64,000 bases of DNA. Source: Eledone cirrhosa. Lineage: Eukaryota. Shown one piece after another: positions 11,701-26,748 of the stretch (positions are counted from its first letter, which is position 1; each line of letters starts with the position of its first letter). The position numbers were made by a program, and so were the translations under genes. Location: positions 98,890,001 to 98,954,000 of the forward strand of contig OZ024744.1 in assembly GCA_964016885.1 (NCBI GenBank), given 5' to 3'. Below the pieces are notes generated by a model, which saw nothing but the letters and a program-made list of their open reading frames with translations, did not search any database and was not told the DNA's origin.

Positions 11701-13127
11701 ATATTCCCGACAGATCCATCCACGACAACCTCCACCTCATGCGATACATCGTGGAGAGGGTAGCTAAGGAAACTGGCACGGGTGGGTCCTTGATCAATTT
11801 AGATCAGTCGAAAGCTTTCGATAGGGTCAACCATCGTTATCTGGCGGCAGTCCTGAGGGCGGCTGGCTTTGGCCCCGTCTTCAGAGGCTGGATCGCTGCC
11901 ATGCACAGCGACATCTGCTCTGTAGTGAGAGTGAACGGTCACCTTTCGGAATCGTTCAACATCATGCGCTCGGTCCGCCAAGGATGTCCCCTCTCGTCCC
12001 TGTTGTACGTATTGACTCTTGAGCCATTACTGCACAAACTGAGTGGGGTCCCGTGCGAGCTAGGATGTGGAAGATCCGTGTCAGCATATGCGGACGATGT
12101 CACCGTAGTGGTGTCGAACGCCAAACACATGGAGGCGATCGGCACTACACTAAGAGAATACGAAGCGGTGACAGGAGCAATGATCAACCAGGAAAAGTCA
12201 GTGGGCCTGCAGCTCGGCACCTGGAGAGGCAGGTCCATGCCGTCCAACGGCGTCGTCGGGCGCTAAACAGACGGACCAGTTAAATTGTTAGGGGTCTGGT
12301 TGGGTCCAGACCTCCAGACGGACAAAAACTGGGACGAGGTGACGAGCAGGGTGGCTTCTTTCACCCTGAAATGGGCAGAGAGGAAGCTATCCCTGAAAGG
12401 TCGAGTAGAGGTGGCTAACGCGTACATCGCGTCCGTCATCTACTACCACCTGACCGTCGTACCTTGTCCTAAGTCCCGCCTGACTGTGCTGGAGCGTTTG
12501 CTCTTTCGCTTTTTGTGGAAGGGACGCGCTCCGATGGTCAGGCGGTCCATCTGCTGTCAACACCCGCTATGTGGAGGGCTGGGCATGCCGTGGCTGATGA
12601 TGTGCAGACACGCGCTCAGGCTACGACATCTCCACCTCTTCCTCGACGGTGATCAGGTGCGGTCGCCGTTTGCTAGATGCGTCTTTCCCCAGTTCATCTC
12701 CTTGACGGAGCTGCAGTCCTGGGTCAAGCGAAGACCGAGAGGGAGCACTTGGAGATTGGAATGTCTTCAGGCGCTCACAGCCCTCAACCAATCGGGCAAT
12801 GTGATCGGTGGAAACTCCACCTTGGCGTTCTATAGAGGATTAGTGGAGGGGAAGAGCGACGACGTACTTGGGGAAACTCTAGGCGTCGACGAAAATCAAC
12901 TAGCCAATCTCATTGGAAGAATGTTCGGGCCGGGGCCTATGGACAACTTCCAGTAATCCCTGGCCTGGCAGTGCTACCGAGGAGCCTTGCCAATTCGGGA
13001 TAAACTCTACTGGCATGGAGGTGCCGTCAGCCGGGCATGTCCGAGATGCGCACAGGGCGTCCTGCATGCACTCGTCCAGTGTCCGAGCATTGCTGAGTTG
13101 TGGGTTTATGTCGTACACCTGCTGTCG
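11701..13127 (+). mobile_element. Tx1/L1-clade LINE ORF2 fragment (RT and C-terminal zinc knuckle), inactivated
   Basis: SIHDNLHLMR, LDQSKAFDRV, RQGCPLS, YADD, LGVWLG and CPRC...HAL.QC motifs; in-frame stops at 12264-12266 and 12954-12956; GC-rich. Confidence 0.9.
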
Positions 13128-13410
13128 AACACCTCATTTACAGCGAGTGCTGGGTGCTTTTTTTCCGTGGTGCCTATATGTCCACTTTACAGTGTGGGCT
13201 GGGTGCTTTTTTGCTGTGGCACCTTCACGACCACTTTGTAGTGGAATGATAGGGACCCCAGTCCCTATCATCTCATTTCTACAGCTGAGTAAACTGGAGC
13301 AATATGAAATAAAGTGTTTTGCTCAAGCAAACAACACACCACCCGGTCCGAGAATTTAACTCACAACTTTCGATTGCAAGCCCAATGTTCTAATAACCAC
13401 TAAGCCTTCA
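13128..13410 (-). mobile_element. Family A SINE, 3'-truncated, abutting the Tx1 fragment
   Basis: Homologous to 10069-10400. Confidence 0.8.
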
Positions 13411-13531
13411 CATATATATATTCCATTTGTGATATTGGAAAACTACTGTGATTGGAAATTTACTGATTGGATTAAACTTAACTGGACTATAAAATCACAT
13501 TGAGCTTTGAAATATTCTTAGCCTTTATAGT

Positions 13532-13881
13532 TCATCATCATCATCATCATCATCACCATTTTACGTCCGCTTTTCCTGCTTGCAAGGGTGGGACGGGAAC
13601 TGATTCTGGCTTGATTTCTACAGCTGGATGCCCTTCCTAACACCAACCTCATTTACAGTGAGTGCTGGGTGCTTTTTTGCCGTGGCACCTCCACGTCCAC
13701 TTTTGCAGTGGAATGATAGGGACCCCAGTCCCTATCATCTCATTTCTACAGCTGAGTAAACTGGAGCAATGTGAAATAAAGTGCCTTGCTCAAGGAAACA
13801 ACACATCACCCGGTCTGAGAATTGAACTCACAACCTTTCGATTGCAAGGCCAATGCTCTAACCACTAAGCCATGTGCCTCC
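13532..13881 (-). mobile_element. Family A SINE, short-tail subfamily (also 18356-18694 minus and 39364-39745 plus)
   Basis: tRNA head plus the tail cccgtcccacccttgcaagcagg(g)aaaagcggacgtaaaa(tga)n. Confidence 0.85.
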
Positions 13882-13950
13882 ATAGTTATCAATTCAAATT
13901 ATTTTATAATTACACACACACACACACATATAATTGATAATGAAAAACAA

Positions 13951-14236
13951 TGAAGTTTTGTTTACATGTTTTTATTGATTATTGACCGTTTACATGTTTC
14001 ACAGATGATAGGCTCAAGGTCACCCATGGAAATTATGGACCCGACCCCAGCATTGATCTGTTCATCAGACTTAGTGATTCAACAAAAAACAGTATGTTTT
14101 GAATCACCAAGTCTGACAAGCACCTTGATGCAAGAGTTGGGTCCATAGCATCCATAGGTGACCTTGAGCCAAACACCTGTGAAACCCATGTAATGGGCCA
14201 ATAATCAATAGAAAAAACATCTAAACGAAACTTCAC
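13951..14236. mobile_element. Palindromic (foldback) MITE, ~140-bp arms with almost no spacer
   Basis: tgaagttttgtttacatg...aagg tcacc...gtgattcaa is the reverse complement of ttgaatcac...ggtgaccttg...aaacttca. Confidence 0.75.
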
Positions 14237-14799
14237 CTTTTATTAATATATACACTTAATTGGTGCAATGAGTGCTCTGTACCAGCTAAAAACCTTACTT
14301 CTTGATAGAGTGGCATCTCCATAAGCGTGTATTAAAGAATTAAATGTTTCGATGGCAGATTTGTTGAGTTTCACACAAAATTTGATTGCATACCGTTGTT
14401 TGATATTTTCCATCACAAACTTAAAGGTATAGACATGTCTCTAGATAAACAACAATAACTCATGACCGACTCATTTGATCATGTTGAAACAAGTATGTAT
14501 GTGCAACCAAGGTCATAACCAACATACCTATATACATCAACAGGGTGCTGTGTTACCATGTCATACATAGGAAAATCAGTACCATAAATACAGCCCCCCA
14601 CCCACATATATATATATATAAACACACATACATATATATATATATATATATGGTTGGTGTTAGAAAGGGCATCCAGCCGTAGAAACCAGGCCCAAACCAG
14701 TTCTGTATGCGCAATGAAATGGTCATCAGACCTGGCTTGTATCACAATGGGACAACTCGTCTAACCCAAGCTAACGTGGAAAAATGGATGTTTAAACAG

Positions 14800-15075
14800 T
14801 GATGATGATGATGATGATGATGGTGATGGTGGTGATGATGGTGGTGATGATGGTGGTGATGATAGTGATGATAGTGATGATGGTGGTGATGATAGTGATG
14901 ATAGTGATGATAGTGGTGGTGATGGTGGTGGTGATGGTGATGGTGGTGGTGATGATGGTGGTGGTGATGGTGGTGGTGATGGTGGTGGTGATGGTGGTGG
15001 TGATGGTGGTGGTGATGGTGGTGGTGATGGTGGTGGTGGTGATGGTGGTGGTGATGATGGTGATGATGGTGATGG
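14800..15075 (+). repeat. (GAT/GGT)n microsatellite expanded from a SINE tail (SINE 3' part at ~14650-14800)
   Basis: The SINE tail ...ggaaaaatggatgtttaaacagt runs directly into the array. Confidence 0.9.
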
Positions 15076-16186
15076 CTGCAACTCGATTTTGAGTAATGCT
15101 ATCACTTGATCCTTAAGATGCCAGATATCAAGTGTTTCCTGTGCTTGAAGCTTTCTAAAGTGAGGGATAGGCTTTGCACGGGGCCAATCCCCCTCTCTGA
15201 ACGTTGAATGCATTTACCCAAAAAGTAGAATTGGATGCAAATGAAGTCACAGGTTTTATACCAGAGTGACCATCTCCTAGAGAGAAGGGTTCTCTATACA
15301 CACACATATATATATATATAAATATACATACACATATATATATATATATATATACACACACATACATATACACACATACATGTATATATGTATATATATA
15401 TATATATATATCTCATCATCATTTTACGTTCGCTTTTCCCTGCTTGCATATAAATATATACACACATACATACATACATACATATGTACATATACACACG
15501 TGCACACACACACGCACACATGTATAAACATACACGTGTATGTGCACACACATATATACATAAACAAACATATGTGCACGTACACACATATATACATACA
15601 CACATATATATATGTGCACACATACATAAACATGTGCGCACACACACACACGCACGTGTGCACATGCACAGACACACACACAGACATATATTTACTTGTG
15701 AAAAGTCACACCCCATATTTGGATATTTCGCATGGGAGCTGAAACTGTAACTGGTCTAAAATCTTGTCAAATGATGTTATTGTTACCAGTTGAGGGTGAC
15801 AAAGAGTTGTTGTATTGAACACATTCATTGTTATTGGACATCTAGTTTCAATGATATGTGTCCTAGTTGTGATCAACAGTACAGCCAGTTTGAGTAGCAC
15901 TTCTGTTTAGAGTTGGATTTAGACCTTGAGAGGCCTGGGGCACTTCAAGTTTGGTAGGAGGGCCCCCTCATATACACAAAAAAAGTTAGAATACACAGCA
16001 CCCCACACAGTTTTACATATCAAAGTTAGCTAGGTACAAGTAATTGGAATTGAAAAGTTATACATACAGGTATTAAATTTAAAAATTATACCATCCTGAA
16101 ACTGAAAAGCCCAGTTAAGGGTACAAATAAATTGCTACAGTGTGACCTTTTTGAATTACAGGCACTGTTCATCAGATAGCTTGGAC

Positions 16187-16545
16187 TCGACAATCTCCCT
16201 ACATCTCTTTTCCAGACACTTAACATAGACTTTACCAGCGAGACTTAACAAGGAGATCCCTCTGTATTTGGAACAATCTCTCTTGGCTCACTTTTTGAAA
16301 ATTGGGATTATCACTCCTGATTGCCATTGCTTAGGTGCCTTTCCAGAGACCCAGGCCACCCGGCACACACAAGTCTTTTAACATCTCAGGCTAGATTTCA
16401 TCTTCCTCAGCAGCCTTGCTACATTTGAGCTCTTTAACTGCTCTTGTGACCTCTGAGAGATTAGTCACCACTCCCAGATGCACCTTGGGTACATCAGAAG
16501 ATGATGTTGGATTGGGTTTAGGAGATCAGCAAAGTATTCTCTCCA
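16187..16545 (-). mobile_element. RTE LINE fragment (RT N-terminal region)
   Basis: Minus strand reads W..GVIIPIF.K....CSKYRGISLLSLAGKVY.K.LEKR. Confidence 0.65.
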
Positions 16546-17012
16546 CCTCACGAGGATGCACATTCAGTAATGAAGATGATAGTTTTATTAACAGTCACAT
16601 TCAGAATACCCAAGCTTTTAAGAATGAAGCATCGACACTTGATCAATAACTACCATATATACTGAAATATGCACAGCATTTTTTGGGATTTTAAATAAAG
16701 GTTAATATCATAATTCTTATTTTGTATACCCACATTGCAGATACAGAGACAATCCTATATAAAGGTCGTAGACAGCAGTATCAGTTTTTATCCGTAACAC
16801 TATTGAAATGCACAAGTTTCACCAATTCACTAGTATGCACTAATCATCTCAAATGCATTCATGATTTACTAGCTTTGTCATTAAGCCAGTTGCCTCAACT
16901 AGATTGCAATTATACTCAAAAGAACTTTAAAATGTCAATCACTTGTCAGTAATTCACTATGATCTTTTAATTATTAGATAGTTGTTGCTTGCATTGCCTT
17001 AAAAAATAGTAG

Positions 17013-17984
17013 ACCAGATAGAAAAATGCGTACAGCAAAAAAAAGTAATATTGTTGGAATATAAACCTTTAAAAATACAGGACAAGAAACTAAAATAAAA
17101 CTTTAAAAGAATAGGACAAGAAACTAAGATAAAACTTGAAAGAATTGGACAAGAAATAAAAAATTTTACAATAATAGTAGCAAAATTTTTTTATTCGTTT
17201 CCTGTGCTATGCCTCAGTATCCTCTTAATTAGTGCATAATAATTGTCATGCTCTCATTGTGCGTTGCCCCTGAGCGGTTGGTTCTGGTTGGGGTTGGTTG
17301 GCTGAGCAGTTCTGCTCCGTCAGAATGACCAGTGCATTAAGAATTGGCCGATGCAGCTGCAGGTCTCCTCCAAGAATGCACTTCTGGTCCCGCAACACCA
17401 GACGAAGATGGAGAAGACGACCGGGACAAGATGTCGACTCTGACCACCGACTACGGCACCTCCCTCCCTCTGTCCCGTCATCCCTCCAGTCCTCCTGCTC
17501 CCCCTTCCTGTACCAGAAAGCTGTGGCACGCATTCATCTGGACTGCCGGACTTGAACTCAAGGACAAGATGCAAGGAGAAGATGGATGGGTTGGTCAAGA
17601 TCAAGGATGAGCGGGACGACAAGACCGTCCGCTGCTGCTCAAGATCTGTGCTCATGGGCCCATGGGTCCATTCACATTATGCATGACACAAGAGGCGTGT
17701 CGCCAAATGATGAAATAGGGGTATGGTTATGGCCCAATTGGTGTTCAAACCAGGATCAAATGATCACCCCGGTCTGGCGACGACCTCTGATTAAGGAACC
17801 CAGAACCTATGAATGTGGAACTCGATTTTTTACCAATAAAAATTTTGCCACTAATATTATTGTAAAATTTTTTAATTCTTGTCCAATTCTTTAAAGTTTT
17901 ATCTTAGTTTCTTGTCCTGTATTTTTAAAGGTTTATATTCCAACAATATTACTTTTTTTTACTGTACGCATTTTTCTATCTGGT
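17013..17984. mobile_element. Non-autonomous DNA transposon with ~170-bp TIRs and a GC-rich core
   Basis: ACCAGATAGAAAAATGCGTACAG...GGACAAGAAACTAA at the left end is the reverse complement of the right end ...CTGTACGCATTTTTCTATCTGGT. Subterminal repeats ggacaagaaa. Superfamily unassigned. Confidence 0.8.
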
Positions 17985-18099
17985 ATACAATATATATAAT
18001 ATATATATATATATACAATATATATATACAATATATATATATATATATATACAATATATATATACAATATATATATATATATATATACAATATATATAT

Positions 18100-18138
<39 letters not shown>

Positions 18139-18179
18139 TAATATATATATATTCAATATATATAATATATATATATACA

Positions 18180-18213
<34 letters not shown>

Positions 18214-18215
18214 CA

Positions 18216-18249
<34 letters not shown>

Positions 18250-18307
18250 CAATATATATAATATATATATATATATACAATATATATAATATATATATAT
18301 ATATACA

Positions 18308-18339
<32 letters not shown>

Positions 18340-18797
18340 CAATATATATAATATTCATTTCATTTCATTTCATTTTACGTCCGCTTTTTCCCTGCTTGCA
18401 AGGGTGGGACGGGAACTGATTCTGGCTTGATTTCTACAGCTGGATGCCCTTCCTAACACCAACCTCATTTACAGTGAGTGCTGGGTGCTTTTTTGCCGTG
18501 GCACCTCCACGACCACTTTGCAGTGGAATGATATGGACCCCAGTCCCTATCATCTCATTTCTACAGCTGAGTAAACTGGAGCAATGTGAAATAAAGTGTC
18601 TTGCTCAAGGAAACAACACATCACCCGGTCTGAGAATTGAACTCACAACCTTTCGATTGCAAGGCCAATGCTCTAACCACTAAGCCATGTGCCTATATAT
18701 ATACAATATATATAATATATATATATATATATACAATATATATAATATATATATATATATATATACAATATATATAATATATATATATATATATACA

Positions 18798-18829
<32 letters not shown>

Positions 18830-18958
18830 CAATATATATATATATATATACAATATATATATACAATATATATATACAATATATATAATATATATATATA
18901 TATACAATATATATAATATATATATATATACAATATATATAATATATATATATATACA

Positions 18959-18998
<40 letters not shown>

Positions 18999-19456
18999 AT
19001 ATATATATATACAATATATATTATATATATATATATATACAATATATATACAATATATATACAATATATATAATATATATACAATATATATAATATATAT
19101 ATACAATATATATATACAATATATATATACAATATATATAATATATATATATATACAATATATATACAATATATATAATATATATATATATATACAATAT
19201 ATATAAATATACAATATATATAAATATACAATATATATAATATATATATATATATACAATATATATACAATATATATAAATATACAATATATATAAATAT
19301 ACAATATATATAAATATACAATATATATATATATATACAATATATATAAATATACAATATATATAATATATATATATATATACAATATATATAATACATA
19401 TATATATATACAATATATATAATACATATATATACAATATATATAATACATATATA

Positions 19457-20537
19457 TATTTTCAGGTCTCTACGAAGGTCCGACTTCCACACCGATCTCA
19501 AGCTGTGGCACGCCGCCCAGGCTTTGCGCTTCCTCTCAACCACATCATCTTCCGTATTCCCAATCTTTGCTCCCAAATACAGGAAGTCCTCAACCAATTC
19601 TAGTGGCTTCCCGCCTACATTAGTGATCCCCTCTGGCTTCGCAACATTCTCTACCAGATATTTTGTTTCAGTCTCATTCCTTGTCAGCCCCACACTCTTC
19701 GACACAGTCTGAACCTCCCGCATCAAATCCTCTGCCTCCTTCACTGTATTTGTCACCAAAACTATGTCGTCGGCAAATTCAGCATCCGATACCTTTTTCG
19801 CCCTAACTCTCCTGCTCTGAGCTGGTGCTACAGTAAAGCCAGAGTCCTGGTGTTTCTCCAGTGCAAGGCGCATACAATAGTCCACTACGATGATAAAAAG
19901 GTAGGGAGCCAATGTATCTCCCTGGAGAACTCCAGCCAGTATCTCAAAGAACTCTGTCATCCCATCAGGTGTAATGACTTGGACTTTGGTGTTGGTGTAG
20001 AGCAGTGATATCAGGTCCACTATCTTCTTGGGGATTCCATAAGCCTGTAAGATCTTCATCAGGCAGTAACGGTCCACAGAATCAAAGGCCTTCCTAAAGT
20101 CAATGAAAACCATGACCGCAGGTCATGCTGTAGTGGAGTCTGTGCTGCTGTATGGGTCTGAAACTTGGACACTGACCAAGAAACTCACTCAGATGGTGAG
20201 AATGCTGAGGATGGCTCTGAACATTAATCAGTATACACTGAGCGATGAAAAACTCAGAGCTGTATGGGAGCATCCAAAAGTCAGCTCAAAAGTGACACAG
20301 AGGAGACTGAGGTTGGCTGAACATGCTCACCGACATCCAGAGTTGACATTGCACTCAGTGCTCCTTTGGGAGCCCCGAAATGGACACATTAGAAGAGGAA
20401 GACAAAGGTTAACATATGTTGATGCCCTAAGGACAGACACTGGTCTGTTGGAGATGCAGGATAAGGCAGCGATAATGAGGGACAGAGACCGCTGGAGAGA
20501 ACTCGTCCATGGATCTCGGCAATTTTACCCGCCTTAG
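19457..20537. mobile_element. RTE LINE with 5' inversion: RT part on minus (19457-20123), thumb and 3' end on plus (20123-20537)
   Basis: Minus: PAVMVFIDFRKAFDSV...LQGDTLAPYLF...FADD...YLG...SDLRRDLKI. Plus: HAVVESVLLYGSETWTLT...W.ELV. Confidence 0.9.
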
Positions 20538-20769
20538 ATATATATATACAATATATATAATACATATATATACAATATCTATAATATATACAATATATAT
20601 AATATATATATATACAATGTATATAATATATATATATACAATGTATATAATATATATATATATATACAATGTATATAATATATATATATATATATATACA
20701 ATGTATATAATATATATATATATATATATATACAATGTATATAATATATATATATATATATATACAATG

Positions 20770-20853
<84 letters not shown>

Positions 20854-20947
20854 TATATTAATATATATATATATATATACAATGTATATAATATATATAT
20901 ATATATATATACAATGTATATAATATATATAATATATATATACAATG

Positions 20948-20978
<31 letters not shown>

Positions 20979-21103
20979 CAATGTATATAATATATATATA
21001 TATATATATACAATGTATATAATATATATATATATATACAATGTATATAATATATATATATATATACAATGTATATAATATATATATATATATATATACA
21101 ATG

Positions 21104-21134
<31 letters not shown>

Positions 21135-21177
21135 CACAATGTATATAATATATATATATATATATATATACACAATG

Positions 21178-21215
<38 letters not shown>

Positions 21216-24200
21216 TATATAATATATATATATACAATGTATATAATATATATATATATATACAATGTATATAATATATATATATATACAATGTATATAA
21301 TATATATATATATATACAATGTATATAATATATATATATATATATACAATATATATAATATATATATATATATATACAATATATATAATATATATATATA
21401 TATATACAATATATATAATATATATATATATATATATACAATATATATAATATATATATATATATATACAATATATATAATATATATATATATATATACA
21501 ATATATATAATATATATATATATATATATACAATATATATAATATATATATATATATACAATATATATAATATATATATATATATACAATATATATAATA
21601 TATATATATATATACAATATATATAATATATATATACATATACAATATATATAATATATATATATATATACAATATATATAATATATATATATATACAAT
21701 ATATATAATATATATATATATACAATATATATAATATATATATATATACAATATATATAATATATATATATATACAATATATATAAATATATATATATAT
21801 ACAATATATATAATATATATAATATATATACAATATATATAATATATATATACATATACAATATATATAATATATATATATATATACAATATATATAATA
21901 TATATATATATACAATATATATAATATATATATATATACAATATATATAATATATATATATATACAATATATATAATATATATATATATACAATATATAT
22001 AATATATATATATATACAATATATATAATATATATATACAATATATATAATATATATATATATACAATATATATAATATATATATATATATACAATATAT
22101 ATAATATATATATACAATATATATAATATATATACAATATATATAATATATATATATATACAATATATATACAATATATATAATATATATATATATACAA
22201 TATATATAATATATATACAATATATATAATATATATATATACAATATATATAATATATATATATATACAATATATATAATATATATTACAATATATATAA
22301 TATATATATATATACAATATATATAATATATATATATATACAATATATATAATATATATACAATATATATAATATATATATATATACAATATATATAATA
22401 TATATATATATATACAATATATATAATATATATATATATATACAATATATATAATATATATATATATACAATATATATAATATATATATATATACAATAT
22501 ATACAATATATATATATATATATACAATATATATAATATATATATATATATACAATATATATAATATATATATATATACAATATATACAATATATATATA
22601 TATATACAATATATACAATATATATATATATATACAATATATATAATATATATATATACAATATATATAATATATATATACAATATATATAATATATATA
22701 TACAATATGTATAATATATATATATATACAATATATACAATATATATAATATATATATATATACAATATATATAATATATATATATATATACAATATATA
22801 TAATATATATATATACAATATATACAATATATATATATACAATATATACAATATATATATATACAATATATACAATATATATATATATATATATACAATA
22901 TATATAATATATATATATACAATATATATAATATATATATATACAATATATACAATATATATATATACAATATATACAATATATATATATATATATATAT
23001 ACAATATATATAATATATATATATACAATATATATAATATATATATACAATATATATAATATATATATATAATATATATATATATACTATATATATATAA
23101 TATATATATATACTATATATATATATATATACTATATATATATAATATATATATATATACAATATATATAATATATATATATATACAATATATATAATAT
23201 ATATATATATACAATATATATAATATATATACAATATATATAATATATATATATATATACAATATATATAATATATATATATATATACAATATATATAAT
23301 ATATATATATATACATACAATATATATAATATATATATATATACATACAATATATATAATATATATATATATACATACAATATATATAATATATATATAT
23401 ATACATACAATATATATAATATATATATATATACATACAATATATATAATATATATATATATACATACAATATATATAATATATATATATATACATACAA
23501 TATATATAATATATATACAATATATATAATATATATATCCAATATATATAATATATATACAATATATATAATATATATATATATATACAATATATATAAT
23601 ATATATATATACAATATATATAATATATATATACAATATATATAATATATATATATATATACAATATATATAATATATATATACAATATGTATAATATAT
23701 ATATACAATATATACAATATATATAATATATATATATATACAATATATATAATATATATATATATACAATATATATAATATATATATATACAATATATAT
23801 AATATATATATATACAATATATACAATATATATATATACAATATATACAATATATATAATATATATATATACAATATATATAATATATATATATACAATA
23901 TATATAATATATATATATAATATATATATATAATATATATATATATACTATATATATATAATATATATATATATATACTATATATATATAATATATATAT
24001 ATATACAATATATATAATATATATATATATACAATATATATAATATATATATATATACAATATATATAATATATATATATATATACAATATATATAATAT
24101 ATATACAATATATATAATATATATATATATATACAATATATATAATATATATATATATATACAATATATATAATATATATATATATACAATATATATAAT

Positions 24201-24666
24201 ATATATATATATACAATATATATAATATATATATATATATATACAATATATATAATATATATATATATATACAATATATATAATATATATATATATACAA
24301 TATATATAATATATATATATATACAATATATATAATATATATATATATACAATATATATTATATATATATACAATATATATAATATATATATATATATAT
24401 ACAATATATATAATATATATATATATACAATATATATAATATATATAATATATATATATATATATACAATATATATAATATATATATATATACAATATAT
24501 ATAATATATATATATACAATATATATAATATATATATACAATATATATAATATATATATATATATACAATATATATAATATATATATATATACAATATAT
24601 ATAATATATATATATATACAATATATATAATATATATATATATACAATATATATAATATATATATT

Positions 24667-25790
24667 GAAGAGTTTAGCGTAAAAGTTGGCGTCCATCAGG
24701 GCTCTGTTCTCAGCCCCCTACTATTTATTATTGCCCTTCAGGCTATAACAGAGGAGTTCAAGACCGGCTGCCCATGGGAACTCCTATACGCAGACGACCT
24801 GACACTCATAGCGGAATCAATGGCCGAGCTAGAGAAGAAATTCCAAACATGGAAGCACGGCCTAGAATCAAAAGGCCTTAAAATTAACCTGGCTAAGACT
24901 AAAGTTCTAGTTTGTAGGAAAGAAAATAAGGCGGCGGTCCCTTCTGGGAAATGGTCTTGCTCGGTGTGTAGGAAAGGCGTAGGTAGAAACTCCATTTTAT
25001 GTCCTAAATGCAAAGTATGGGTGCATAAAAGATGTAGTGGGATCACAGGTAAGCTAACTAAGAACATAGATTTTACATGTGGCCGGTGCTCTGGTGCAAT
25101 AAGTAGCAGCAAGTGCCCACAAAATACTAGCTCTTTCAATTGCGCAGAGGGCTCTATAGAAATAGTGGACAGTTTCCGTTACCTGGGTGATAAAATCAGC
25201 AGTGGGGGAGGGTGCTCTGAAAGTACAGTAGCTAGAGTCAGAACTGGTTGGAAAAAGTTCAGAGAGCTTATACCACTATTAGCTGCTAAAGGGTTCTACC
25301 TAAAAATGAAAGGCAGGTTGTACGATGCCTGCATACGAACAGCAATGTTGCATGGCAGTGAGACCAGGGCATTGTGTGCAGAGGATATACGCAGACTAGA
25401 GAGGAACGAAGCTTGCATGCTCCGCTGGATGTGTAACAGTAATATACGTGAACGGCAAAGCATAAACGAATTAAGGAAAAAATTAGAAATAAGAAGGATC
25501 AGATGTTGTTTACTTGAGAGAAGGCTACGTTGGTATGGACACGTGATGCGCATGAAAGTCGATAGCTGTATAACAAAGTGCAGGGCAATAAAGATAGACG
25601 GTAGCCACGGAATAGGCAGACCTAGAAAAACCTGGGACGAGCTGATAAACTCCGACCTCACACACTTACACCTCTCCAAGACAATGTCACTGGACCGAGA
25701 CCTTTGGCGGTACTCAGTAACAGAGAAGACCCGCCTTACCTAAATACATAGTAAAACCTACTACAGCCAGTAGGCATCTCTAACTAAATA
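24667..25790 (+). mobile_element. RTE LINE (PHD-containing family), 5'-truncated, open frame to the natural stop
   Basis: GVHQGSVLSPLLF, YADD, a C4HC3 insert, FRYLG, LHGSE, RLRWYGHV and GRPRKTW. The 3' UTR is cut by satellite. Confidence 0.9.
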
Positions 25791-26049
25791 TACAATATAT
25801 ATAATATATATATATATATACAATATATATAATATATATATATATATACAATATTATAATATATATATAATATATATATATATATACAATATATAAAATA
25901 TATATATATACAATATATAAAATATATATATATACAATATATAAAATATATATATATACAATATATAAAATATATATATATATACAATATATGAAATATA
26001 TATATATATACAATATATAAATATATATATATAATATATACAATATATA

Positions 26050-26249
26050 NNNNNNNNNNNNNNNNNNNNNNNNNNNNNNNNNNNNNNNNNNNNNNNNNNN
26101 NNNNNNNNNNNNNNNNNNNNNNNNNNNNNNNNNNNNNNNNNNNNNNNNNNNNNNNNNNNNNNNNNNNNNNNNNNNNNNNNNNNNNNNNNNNNNNNNNNNN
26201 NNNNNNNNNNNNNNNNNNNNNNNNNNNNNNNNNNNNNNNNNNNNNNNNN
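26050..26249. other. Assembly gap (200 N)
   Basis: Run of N; the round length suggests a placeholder. Confidence 1.
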
Positions 26250-26648
26250 ATTTATATATATATACAATATATATATATATATAATATATAATATATATAT
26301 ATATATACAATATATATAATATATATATATATATATATTTGTATATACTATATATATATTGATATATATATATATATATAGTATATATATAATATATATA
26401 TATATATTGTATATATATATATTGTATATTATATATATATACAATATATATATATATATATTATATATATACAATATATATATATATATATATATAACAA
26501 TATATATATATATACTATATATATTACAATATATATATATATATATATACAATATATATATATATATATATACAATATATATATATATATATATACAATA
26601 TATATTATATATACAATATATATATATACAATATATATATATATATAT

Positions 26649-26690
<42 letters not shown>

Positions 26691-26712
26691 ATATATATAT
26701 ATATATATATAT

Positions 26713-26748
<36 letters not shown>

